Positions 1-7,961 of a DNA stretch of 32,000 nt are shown here, piece by piece. The notes under the pieces are model-generated. The model was given only the letters and a program-made list of their open reading frames with translations. It was not told the origin of the DNA and did not search any database. A program made the position numbers and the translations under genes. This stretch comes from Nitrosospira multiformis ATCC 25196. Lineage in GTDB: Bacteria; Pseudomonadota; Gammaproteobacteria; Burkholderiales; Nitrosomonadaceae. The first letter of the stretch is position 1, and every line of letters begins with the position of its first letter. The stretch spans positions 1,170,001-1,202,000 of the forward strand of contig NC_007614.1 of assembly GCF_000196355.1 (NCBI RefSeq). The letters run 5' to 3'.

Positions 1-1
1 T

Positions 2-175
2 CGCGGCCATGGCCACGGTTCCCGACCCGGCGACCAATACGGTGGATCAGGTGACCAGTACCGTGGCGATCAGTACAACCGCGATGGGGGTGTCGATGTG
101 CATCGTTACCGCGAATATGGTGCGGGCGAGACGGTTCCCCGTGATTTGCCCCATATGAGGCCCATGGGCGAGTAA
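2..175 (+). CDS. C-terminal fragment of a Gly/Asp/Gln/Tyr/Arg-rich hypothetical protein (5' truncated by window edge)
   Basis: Frame 2 is open from the window edge to TAA at 173-175: ...RGHGHGSRPGDQYGGSGDQYRGDQYNRDGGVDVHRYREYGAGETVPRDLPHMRPMGE*. It shows repeated GDQY units and a hydrophilic composition. No homology can be checked. Confidence 0.4.
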   Translation, partial: RGHGHGSRPGDQYGGSGDQYRGDQYNRDGGVDVHRYREYGAGETVPRDLPHMRPMGE

Positions 176-181
176 AACACC

Positions 182-196
182 GTCCTCAGTGAGGAC
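182..196. repeat. Short inverted repeat GTCCTCA-G-TGAGGAC
   Basis: Read directly. It lies just after the TAA at 173-175. Confidence 0.6.
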
Positions 197-204
197 TCCA
201 ATAT

Positions 205-236
205 TGTCGAGAACCGGTTTTGACCGGTTCTCGACA
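205..236. repeat. Perfect 14-bp inverted repeat with 4-nt loop: TGTCGAGAACCGGT-TTTG-ACCGGTTCTCGACA; possible bidirectional terminator/structural element
   Basis: Perfect palindromic arms in the gap between the partial CDS and argJ, without a clear T-run. Confidence 0.7.
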
Positions 237-323
237 GGGCTGTCCTGTGGCGGAATCGTACGGCATCAGTGCTCAATATATTTCGAGCGGTTGCGGATTG
301 GGATAGGGACGTGCGCACTGGTA

Positions 324-1562
324 TCAGCTTCGATACTCCGCGTTGATTTTTACATAATCGTAAGACAAATCGCAGGTCCAGACAGTGGCTGCAGCCTGCC
401 CTCTATTCAGTGCGACGCGCACCGTAATTTCCGCTTGTTTCATCACCCGCTGTCCCTCTTTCTCCTCATAAGCAAAGGCTCTTCCCCCGTTTTCCGCAAC
501 CAGTACATCGTCGAGATAAAGTTGCAGTTTGTTGATGTCAAGAGCTTCTATGCCTGCATAGCCGATGGCGGCCAGTATTCGCCCGAGATTGGGATCTGAA
601 GCGAAGAACGCTGTCTTGATCAGGGGTGAGCGTGCAATCGCGTAAGCAACCTTGCGGCATTCCTCCACGGTTTTGCCACTTTCCACCTGGATTGTAATGA
701 ACTTGGTCGCGCCTTCGCCGTCGCGTACGATTTTCTGAGCAAGTTCCACTGCGACACCGGTTATCGCATCTTGCAATTGCACGAACTCCCGGCTTTCCTT
801 ATCCACGATAGGTGAATGAGCGGCGCATCCGGTGGCCATCAGAATGAATGCGTCATTGGTGGAGGTATCGCCGTCCACCGTGATGCAATTGAAGGAATGG
901 GCGGCAGCGTGCCGGACCATGTGTTCCAGCAAGGGATTGCTAACGGCGGCATCGGTTGCGATAAAACCCAGCATTGTTGCCATATTCGGATGAATCATTC
1001 CCGAACCTTTGGCAATGCCGGTAATCGTCACGGTTGTACCATTGAGGGCAATCCGGCGGGACACTGCCTTCGGCACAATATCGGTTGTCATGATCGCCTC
1101 AGAGGCGGCGAACCAGTTATCGGCCGCAAGGTTGTTTATTGCCCGTGGCAACCCGGTGACAATTTTGGGCAGAGGCAATGGTTCCATGATCACGCCGGTT
1201 GAAAAAGGCAGTATCTGTTCGCTGGCACACCCGAGCAGCCGGGCAGTCTCGGCGCAGGTGGTACGGGCGTCTTCAATGCCTCTTTCGCCGGTGCCGGCGT
1301 TGGCGCACCCCGTATTGATGACAAGGGCACGAATAGAACTCTTTGAATCGAGGGTCGAAAGATGTTCCCGGGCGACTGTGACTGGCGCTGCGCAAAAATC
1401 ATTCTGTGTAAACACTCCCGCCACCGTCGCCCCGTCATCCAGAACGATGACCAGGAGGTCCTTGCGCCCTGGTTTCCTGATGTTGGCTTCCACTATGCCC
1501 AGGGTGACGCCCTTTATGGCCAGGAGTTGTTCGGGTGGAGCAGGTGTAAAGTTGACAGGCAT
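324..1562 (-). CDS. argJ: Bifunctional glutamate N-acetyltransferase / ornithine acetyltransferase ArgJ
   Basis: ORF 324..1598 (-). The internal Met at 1562 ([18 protein letters not shown]...) is the likely start. It contains the ATMLGF autoprocessing site and the [11 protein letters not shown] and DGDTSTND motifs typical of ArgJ. Confidence 0.96.
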   Translation of the reverse strand: MPVNFTPAPPEQLLAIKGVTLGIVEANIRKPGRKDLLVIVLDDGATVAGVFTQNDFCAAPVTVAREHLSTLDSKSSIRALVINTGCANAGTGERGIEDARTTCAETARLLGCASEQILPFSTGVIMEPLPLPKIVTGLPRAINNLAADNWFAASEAIMTTDIVPKAVSRRIALNGTTVTITGIAKGSGMIHPNMATMLGFIATDAAVSNPLLEHMVRHAAAHSFNCITVDGDTSTNDAFILMATGCAAHSPIVDKESREFVQLQDAITGVAVELAQKIVRDGEGATKFITIQVESGKTVEECRKVAYAIARSPLIKTAFFASDPNLGRILAAIGYAGIEALDINKLQLYLDDVLVAENGGRAFAYEEKEGQRVMKQAEITVRVALNRGQAAATVWTCDLSYDYVKINAEYRS

Positions 1563-1893
1563 AATAGATAGGCGAGGTAATGGGCGAATGAAGCGCAATC
1601 GATGCTTGGGTAAAAGAAGACAGTGGTATTATCGTCCACCCTGTTTTTTGAATCGGAAGAGTAGATTGTAGAAAAACGCAATCCTAACCCATCTTCAGGT
1701 TCTCCTCCATCTCATCTTTTCAGCCGCTGATAATGCCGAATAGCCCCGCATTACCCTGACGAGCAGGAAATTAGAATTTTTGCAACTGACAGAAATATTA
1801 TTAACGGCGAATGGCTCTCGTTCGCCGGGCCCCCGTTTTACCTGGCATGCCGCTTGATACGAGCAGGCCAGACAGGAATGAAGGAGAAGATGC

Positions 1894-2121
1894 ATGAATT
1901 ATGATAAAGAACTGGATGTGCGCGGATTGAACTGCCCGCTGCCCATATTGCGCACTAAAAAATCCCTTGTGGACATGATATCGGGCCAGGTGCTGAAAAT
2001 TATCGCAACGGACCCCGGCGCTGTAATCGACTTTCAGGTTTTTGCCGAGCAGACGGGAAATGAGCTGCTGTCGTTGTCAGAAGCAGCGGGGGAATTCACG
2101 TTTTATATGAAGAAAAGGTAG
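1894..2121 (+). CDS. tusA: TusA/SirA-family sulfur carrier protein
   Basis: 75-aa ORF MNYDKELDVRGLNCPLPILRTKKSL..., with the CPxP motif and DxRGLxCPxP signature. Upstream GAAGGAG ribosome-binding site. Confidence 0.93.
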   Translation: MNYDKELDVRGLNCPLPILRTKKSLVDMISGQVLKIIATDPGAVIDFQVFAEQTGNELLSLSEAAGEFTFYMKKR

Positions 2122-2134
2122 CAGAGAAGAAGTG

Positions 2135-2164
2135 GCAAGGAGTAGAAGCAGCAAGGAGTAGAAG
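2135..2164. repeat. 14-bp direct repeat GCAAGGAGTAGAAG x2 (period 16)
   Basis: Copies at 2135-2148 and 2151-2164, just downstream of tusA. Confidence 0.7.
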
Positions 2165-2184
2165 TAGTTTAAGGAAAATCTTAA

Positions 2185-2967
2185 TCATCGGAATTCACGG
2201 TATTCCCGTGGCCTTTCCGGACAGGCACGCAACCGTTGCGTTACGCGCTGGTAGGCTACCGGTGAATCGATCGCGCGGTGAGCGGCGATGACACCCTTCA
2301 TCAGATGCTGTTGCAAAGGTTGCAGTATCCCCTCCACCCAAGGCCTCGAGTCAGACCGTGCCTGGTTTTGCGAAGCATAATAACGCGGCTGGGAAAAGGC
2401 TGCCCGCAACGGTTCCTCCAGCATCCTCGCTCCAATACGAAAGTGTGACCGCCACGCCGACACATGCTCCAGCTCATGTTCGCGCACGATATTTCTTCTG
2501 CAGCTGTCGTCAAGTTCCCTGGCAAGATATACCCGCATCGCCGCAAATCCCAGTTTGACCGAGACGTCCGGCACCATGCACGTTCGCCCGTCCGTGCTTG
2601 TCCACTGCCTTGTCCGGAATTCGTATCTGAATTCCGGTTCGGCATGCGTCAACCCGTACACGTTGTGATACGCGTCGCCGGTCTTTCCTGATACCGATTG
2701 AAGCGCCCTGGCCGTGCGCGAACTGTCCTCGGCCGGCGCGATATCCAGATACACAACCGCCACCTTGCCGGGACCCATCAGTTTCTCGCAATTGGCTTCA
2801 AACGAGTCATTGCCGGCCAAAGCCATGCGTTGCGGTAATAGAAGCAGCAATAGCAGTCCGGCGAAAAAACTGGCTGCACGGTCTTTGCGGATTTGATCGT
2901 TCCCAGCGAATCTCAAATGGTTAAACCAGTCAAAGTAAGTAGGAGGTGGGGTCGGGATAAGGTTCAC
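2185..2967 (-). CDS. Hypothetical exported/membrane-anchored protein with HELEH (HExxH-type) motif
   Basis: 260-aa ORF. Hydrophobic segment SFFAGLLLLLLLPQRMALA near the N-terminus, then ...CRRNIVREHELEHVSAW.... The start may be internal. Confidence 0.75.
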   Translation of the reverse strand: MNLIPTPPPTYFDWFNHLRFAGNDQIRKDRAASFFAGLLLLLLLPQRMALAGNDSFEANCEKLMGPGKVAVVYLDIAPAEDSSRTARALQSVSGKTGDAYHNVYGLTHAEPEFRYEFRTRQWTSTDGRTCMVPDVSVKLGFAAMRVYLARELDDSCRRNIVREHELEHVSAWRSHFRIGARMLEEPLRAAFSQPRYYASQNQARSDSRPWVEGILQPLQQHLMKGVIAAHRAIDSPVAYQRVTQRLRACPERPREYREFR

Positions 2968-3103
2968 GCACAGGGTAGCGTGGCAGGTAAGTATGGGGAG
3001 GTCAGCATGGTTTCATGCCGCATAACAACGAATTTTCGCATACCCCTTTGTTGGTTATCGCACAGAAGTCTGCCGCCCGATGGGAAATACTAAACTTTCA
3101 CCT

Positions 3104-3137
3104 GAAGTCACCCCTCTCAGGAAGTCACCCCTCTCAG
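3104..3137. repeat. Perfect 17-bp tandem duplication GAAGTCACCCCTCTCAG x2
   Basis: Adjacent copies at 3104-3120 and 3121-3137, about 80 bp before nuoA. Confidence 0.85.
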
Positions 3138-3214
3138 GACCCGCAGGTTTTTGGGTGGACCAGCCTGTTTAATCCTGGTGTCATCAAAGGACCAAGCACA
3201 AAGGAGCCTAATCC

Positions 3215-3658
3215 TTGAATGCTTCCGCGACACAAGCAACAGAAATCTGGCCCCTGGTTGCATACTTTTTCCTCGTCGTCATGCTGGTGGTGGGCGTCAT
3301 GGCGCTTTCGTACATCATTGGCGAGCGTCATCGCTCCAAGGCTACGGATGAGCCGTTTGAAAGCGGCATTGTCACCGTCGGCCTTGCGCGCTTCCGCCTC
3401 TCTGCCAAATTCTATCTGATCGCAGTGTTCTTTGTGATCTTCGATGTAGAAGCCGTATTCCTTTTTGCCTGGGCCGTTGCTTTTCGTGAATTGGGCTGGC
3501 CGGGTTATATCGAGGCCATCATCTTCATATCTATTCTCGGAGCGGCCCTCGCTTATTTGTGGCGACTGGGGGCGCTGGACTGGGGGCCGCCCAGGCATTC
3601 GGCTGGCAGGTTTGCCAAAGACTCAAGGAGTCCAAATCATGCGGTGGTCTCTAAGTAA
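3215..3658 (+). CDS. nuoA: NADH-quinone oxidoreductase subunit A
   Basis: PFESGI...[29 protein letters not shown]...GALDW. Apparent TTG start (TTG AAT GCT TCC) with an upstream AAGGAG. Confidence 0.95.
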   Translation: MNASATQATEIWPLVAYFFLVVMLVVGVMALSYIIGERHRSKATDEPFESGIVTVGLARFRLSAKFYLIAVFFVIFDVEAVFLFAWAVAFRELGWPGYIEAIIFISILGAALAYLWRLGALDWGPPRHSAGRFAKDSRSPNHAVVSK

Positions 3659-4304
3659 GCCATCTGACAAACCATCCGGGCCAGCAACGCCCGGGTCTTC
3701 AATAATTCGCGATAACGGTTTTGAGGAAGACGGGCGCCGCAGCGTGTTGCTGACGCGATTGCAAGATCTTGTCGCCTGGGGCCGCAAGAATTCGGTCTGG
3801 CCTTACAACTTTGGCCTCTCGTGTTGTTATGTGGAAATGGCGACCAGCTTCACCAGCAAGTATGACCTTGCCCGCTTTGGCTCCGAAGTTATCCGCGCCT
3901 CTCCTCGCCAAGCCGACCTGATCGTTATTTCCGGTACGGTTTTTATCAAAATGGCGCCCGTCCTCCAGCGGCTTTACGATCAGATGCTTGAACCGCGCTG
4001 GGTTATTTCGATGGGCTCATGCGCGAATTCGGGTGGAATGTATGACATTTACAGCGTGGTGCAGGGTGTAGATCGATTCCTCCCCGTGGATGTTTATGTT
4101 CCGGGTTGCCCGCCTCGGCCTGACGCATTCATGCAGGGACTGAACTTGCTTCAGGACGCAATCGGCAAGGAAAAGCGTCCGTTGAGCTGGGTGATTGGTC
4201 CGCAGGGGATCGAGCGACCGGCTGAGGAATCGCAGCGGGATCTCAAGCGTTCCGGCCGAATGTGCGCCACCACCCTGCGCAGTCCCGACGAGGTACAAAA
4301 GTGA
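3639..4304 (+). CDS. nuoB: NADH-quinone oxidoreductase subunit B
   Basis: Start [10 protein letters not shown] at ATG 3639 preceded by AAGGAG. Contains [21 protein letters not shown] and [12 protein letters not shown] Fe-S cluster N2 motifs. The upstream part of the ORF call is out-of-gene. Confidence 0.96.
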   Translation: MRWSLSKPSDKPSGPATPGSSIIRDNGFEEDGRRSVLLTRLQDLVAWGRKNSVWPYNFGLSCCYVEMATSFTSKYDLARFGSEVIRASPRQADLIVISGTVFIKMAPVLQRLYDQMLEPRWVISMGSCANSGGMYDIYSVVQGVDRFLPVDVYVPGCPPRPDAFMQGLNLLQDAIGKEKRPLSWVIGPQGIERPAEESQRDLKRSGRMCATTLRSPDEVQK

Positions 4305-6127
4305 GCGCAGCCTCCAGCCTTGCCCCACAGCGGTATATGCAGGACATGGGCGGTGCATCGAACGCTTCAGATGTACTGGAAGAACTGAAGAACCGCTTTG
4401 GCCCCCCTGGCACTGATAACCCAGGAGGGCCAATGGGTGTAGTGCAAAAAACCGGCGATGACCTTCCCACGCAATGGGTCTCCAGGAACAGGGTACATGA
4501 GGTTCTGCACTACCTGAAACTGAAAGCGGAGCGGCCTTACCGCATGCTGTACGACCTGACCGCGATTGACGAACGCACACGCGTACACCGGGAAGACCAG
4601 CCGGCAAGCCGGTTCACTGTCATCTATCACCTGCTGTCGTTCGAGCGTAATGCGGACGTGTGCCTCAAGGTCGCGCTCACCGATACTGATCTTCGGATGC
4701 CCACCATTACCGATATCTGGCCTGCGGCAAACTGGTACGAGCGTGAGATATGGGACATGTTCGGGATCGTCTTCGACGGACACCCGCACCTGCGTCGAAT
4801 TTTGTTACCTCCCTGGTGGCAGGGTCACGCCCTGCGCAAGGATCATCCGGCTCGCGCGACGGAGATGGAACCATTCCATTTGTCCACGGAGAAGGAGGAG
4901 GCTGAGCAGGAGACACTGCGTTTTCATCCTGAAGAATGGGGAATGCGGCGCACACATGACGGCACCGATTTCATGTTCCTCAACCTGGGGCCGAACCATC
5001 CAAGCGTGCATGGCGTATTTCGCATTGTGCTGCAGCTCGACGGCGAGGAAATCATCGATGCTGTGCCAGAGATCGGCTTTCACCACCGGGGAGCAGAAAA
5101 GATGGGTGAGCGCCAATCATGGCATACCTATATTCCCTACACCGACCGCATCGATTACCTGGGAGGGGTCATGAACAACCTTCCCTATGTGCTGGCCGTG
5201 GAGAAACTGGCAGGCATTGAAGTGCCCGATCGGGTAAAGGTGATGCGCGTGATGATGGCAGAATTTTTTCGCATTGCAAGCCATCTGGTGTTCTATGGGA
5301 CTTTTACCCAGGATCTGGGCGCGCTTTCCCCGGTATTTTTCATGTTCACCGACCGCGAACGGGTATTCGATGTCGTGGAAGCCATCTGCGGGGGGCGAAT
5401 GCATCCGAGCTGGTATCGCATCGGCGGTGTGGCCCAGGACTTGCCTAATGGATGGGATAGGATGGTGCGGGATTTCCTGGATTATATGCCTGCAAGGCTG
5501 GATGAGTATGACAAGATTGCTGTGGGCAACCGCATCCTGAAAGCCCGGACGCGTGGCGTCGGCGGTTATTCGATAGATGAGGCGATCGAATGGGGCGTGA
5601 CCGGCCCCAATCTGCGCGCCTGCGGCTTCGAATGGGATTTCCGCAAGGCGCGGCCCTATTCGGGCTACGATCAGTTCGAGTTCGATGTGCCCACCGGCCA
5701 GCATGGCGATTGCTATGACCGCTGTGCCGTTCGTGTCCAGGAAATCCGCCAGAGCCTGCGCATCATCGATCAGTGCCTGGAAAACATGCCCGCCGGGGCG
5801 CATAAAGCGGATCATCCGCTCACCACGCCGCCCCTCAAGAAGCATACCTTGCATGACATCGAAACGCTCATCGATCATTTCCTGGGTGTGAGCTGGGGAC
5901 CTGTCATTCCTCCGGGGGAAGCATTCGTAGGCATCGAGGCGACCAAGGGAAACAACGGCTATTACCTGATTAGCGACGGCAATACCACGGCTTATCGGGT
6001 GCGTATCCGAACACCTTCCTTTCCGCACCTGCAAATGATTCCTTTGATCAGCCGTGGACTGATGATTTCGGATTTGATCGCCATTCTGGGCAGCATCGAT
6101 TTTGTCATGGCGGACGTGGATCGCTGA
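4301..6127 (+). CDS. nuoC: Fused NADH-quinone oxidoreductase subunits C and D (NuoCD)
   Basis: In-frame GTG at 4301 overlaps the nuoB TGA (GTGA). The N-terminal 30-kDa-subunit domain ([13 protein letters not shown]..., [17 protein letters not shown]) runs continuously into the 49-kDa domain ([22 protein letters not shown]...[17 protein letters not shown]...). Confidence 0.95.
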   Translation: MSAASSLAPQRYMQDMGGASNASDVLEELKNRFGPPGTDNPGGPMGVVQKTGDDLPTQWVSRNRVHEVLHYLKLKAERPYRMLYDLTAIDERTRVHREDQPASRFTVIYHLLSFERNADVCLKVALTDTDLRMPTITDIWPAANWYEREIWDMFGIVFDGHPHLRRILLPPWWQGHALRKDHPARATEMEPFHLSTEKEEAEQETLRFHPEEWGMRRTHDGTDFMFLNLGPNHPSVHGVFRIVLQLDGEEIIDAVPEIGFHHRGAEKMGERQSWHTYIPYTDRIDYLGGVMNNLPYVLAVEKLAGIEVPDRVKVMRVMMAEFFRIASHLVFYGTFTQDLGALSPVFFMFTDRERVFDVVEAICGGRMHPSWYRIGGVAQDLPNGWDRMVRDFLDYMPARLDEYDKIAVGNRILKARTRGVGGYSIDEAIEWGVTGPNLRACGFEWDFRKARPYSGYDQFEFDVPTGQHGDCYDRCAVRVQEIRQSLRIIDQCLENMPAGAHKADHPLTTPPLKKHTLHDIETLIDHFLGVSWGPVIPPGEAFVGIEATKGNNGYYLISDGNTTAYRVRIRTPSFPHLQMIPLISRGLMISDLIAILGSIDFVMADVDR

Positions 6128-6159
6128 TGGATGGCTGAGGGGGATATTGAGAGGAAACA

Positions 6160-6666
6160 ATGCTGAGCGAGCAGGAGAGGAAAGAAATAGAAGCACATGC
6201 GCGGCACTACCCGAATAATCGGGCGGTATGCATCGAGGCACTCAAGATCGTGCAGCAGCATCGCGGCTGGGTATCGAATGAGGGGATTGCCGACGTGGCC
6301 GAGGCGTTGCAGATGAAGCCGGCCGAACTGGAGAGCGTTGCAACCTTCTACAACATGATTTTCCGCAAGCCGGTAGGCAAGCACGTCATTTTGCTATGCG
6401 ACAGCGTCAGTTGCTGGATCATGGGTTATGAACGCTTGCGCCAGCACCTGGGAGACAGGTTGGGTATCAGGCCGGGCCAGACCACCGCCGACGGGCGCTT
6501 CACGCTGTTGCCGAACGTGTGCCTGGGCGCCTGCGATCATGCTCCTGTCATGATGGTGGATGACGCGCATTACCAGGACCTGGATCCCGCCAGGATCGAT
6601 CAGATTCTGGCAAGTTATCAACAGGAAGAAGAAAAATCGACCGATGGAAACACCGCTGACGCATAA
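6160..6666 (+). CDS. nuoE: NADH-quinone oxidoreductase subunit E
   Basis: 168 aa. ESVATFYNMIF...LCDSVSCW...LPNVCLGACDHAPVMMV 2Fe-2S (N1a) pattern. Confidence 0.96.
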   Translation: MLSEQERKEIEAHARHYPNNRAVCIEALKIVQQHRGWVSNEGIADVAEALQMKPAELESVATFYNMIFRKPVGKHVILLCDSVSCWIMGYERLRQHLGDRLGIRPGQTTADGRFTLLPNVCLGACDHAPVMMVDDAHYQDLDPARIDQILASYQQEEEKSTDGNTADA

Positions 6667-7921
6667 CATTTCACCGGGCAGGGAACCTCCGGATCTTGCG
6701 CAGTACGAGAAGGCCGGAGGTTATGGCGCGCTGCGCAAGGCGCTCGGTATGGCGCCGGCGGAAATTCAGGCAGCGGTCAAGGAATCCAACCTGCGCGGCC
6801 GTGGCGGAGCGGGGTTTCCAACTGCACAGAAATGGAGTTTTGTGCCGATGGGCGATGATGCGCCGCGGCCCAAGTATCTCGTTTGCAATGCCGACGAGAT
6901 GGAGCCGGGTACATTCAAGGATCGTATGTTGCTCGAGGGAGACCCCCATCAGTTGATCGAAGGCATTATCATCAGCGCCTATGCGATCCAGGCCGATGTG
7001 GCTTACGTATTTCTGCGCTGGGCCTACAAACTGGCGGCCCGGCGCGTGGAGCGCGCAATCGTTGAAGCATACCGCCACGGCTACCTGGGTAAAAATATCC
7101 TGGGCTCGGCTTACAGTCTGGAGATGCACCTGCACGTCAGTGCGGGACGCTACATATGCGGAGAGGAGACCGCGCTGCTCAATGCCCTCGAAGGCAAGCG
7201 CGCCAACCCACGGGCCAAACCTCCCTATCCCCAGGTGAGTGGCCTGTGGGGAAAGCCTACCATTGTCAATAGCGTGGAAACCTTGTGCAACGTTCCGCAT
7301 ATCGTGAAGCAGGGGGCCGAATGGTTCAGGAGCCTGAGCCGCAGCGACGACGGCGGAACGAAGCTGTATGGGGCAAGCGGGAGAGTGAAGAACCCGGGAT
7401 TATGGGAATTGCCCATGGGCACTCCTCTGCGCGAGATTCTGGAAGAGCATGCGGGCGGCATGCGTGACGGCTATCAGTTTCGCGGGGTGCTGCCGGGTGG
7501 CGCTTCGACTGATTTTGTTACTGCCGAGCACCTCGACGTGGCGATGGATTTCGATTCGGTGCAGAAGGCCGGCAGCCGCCTCGGCACCGGCACCATGATC
7601 ATCCTTGATGACAAGACCTGCCCCGTTGGCATGCTGCTCAATCTGGAACATTTCTTCGCCCAGGAATCATGCGGCTGGTGCACCCCGTGCTGGTCGGGGC
7701 TTTCCTGGATCGAACAGATATTGCAGGACATGGAGGAGGGTCGCGGCCGGGCTTCCGACCTTGAATTGCTGGAATCCCATACGCGCCTCCTGGGTCCCGG
7801 ACATACTTTTTGTGCGCTTGCCCCCGGAGCGGCCGAGCCCCTGCAAAGCGGCCTCAAGTATTTCCGTGATGATTTCGAGCGCCATATCCATGAGAAACGC
7901 TGTCCCTGGAGCCCGACGTGA
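6644..7921 (+). CDS. nuoF: NADH-quinone oxidoreductase subunit F
   Basis: Start METPLTHN at 6644 with upstream GGAAGAAG-like ribosome-binding site. GRGGAGFPTAQKWSF, YLVCNADEMEPGTFKDR, YICGEETALLNALEGKR and ESCGWCTPCWSG motifs. Confidence 0.96.
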   Translation: METPLTHNISPGREPPDLAQYEKAGGYGALRKALGMAPAEIQAAVKESNLRGRGGAGFPTAQKWSFVPMGDDAPRPKYLVCNADEMEPGTFKDRMLLEGDPHQLIEGIIISAYAIQADVAYVFLRWAYKLAARRVERAIVEAYRHGYLGKNILGSAYSLEMHLHVSAGRYICGEETALLNALEGKRANPRAKPPYPQVSGLWGKPTIVNSVETLCNVPHIVKQGAEWFRSLSRSDDGGTKLYGASGRVKNPGLWELPMGTPLREILEEHAGGMRDGYQFRGVLPGGASTDFVTAEHLDVAMDFDSVQKAGSRLGTGTMIILDDKTCPVGMLLNLEHFFAQESCGWCTPCWSGLSWIEQILQDMEEGRGRASDLELLESHTRLLGPGHTFCALAPGAAEPLQSGLKYFRDDFERHIHEKRCPWSPT

Positions 7922-7961
7922 AAGGTGAAACAGGAAATACAGCGAGGCTGGCAAGACGAAT

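Noticed and set aside
1009-1671. 220-aa + strand ORF opposite argJ
   Set aside because: argJ is unambiguous on the minus strand, so this is a mirror ORF.
1695-1895. Small minus-strand ORF (66 aa) between argJ and tusA
   Set aside because: No recognisable motif. It spans the tusA upstream region and is likely non-coding.
5117-6241. 374-aa minus-strand ORF antisense to nuoCD
   Set aside because: The sense strand encodes strongly recognisable NuoCD motifs over the same interval. The long antisense frame in GC-rich DNA is best explained as a shadow ORF with no recognisable domain.
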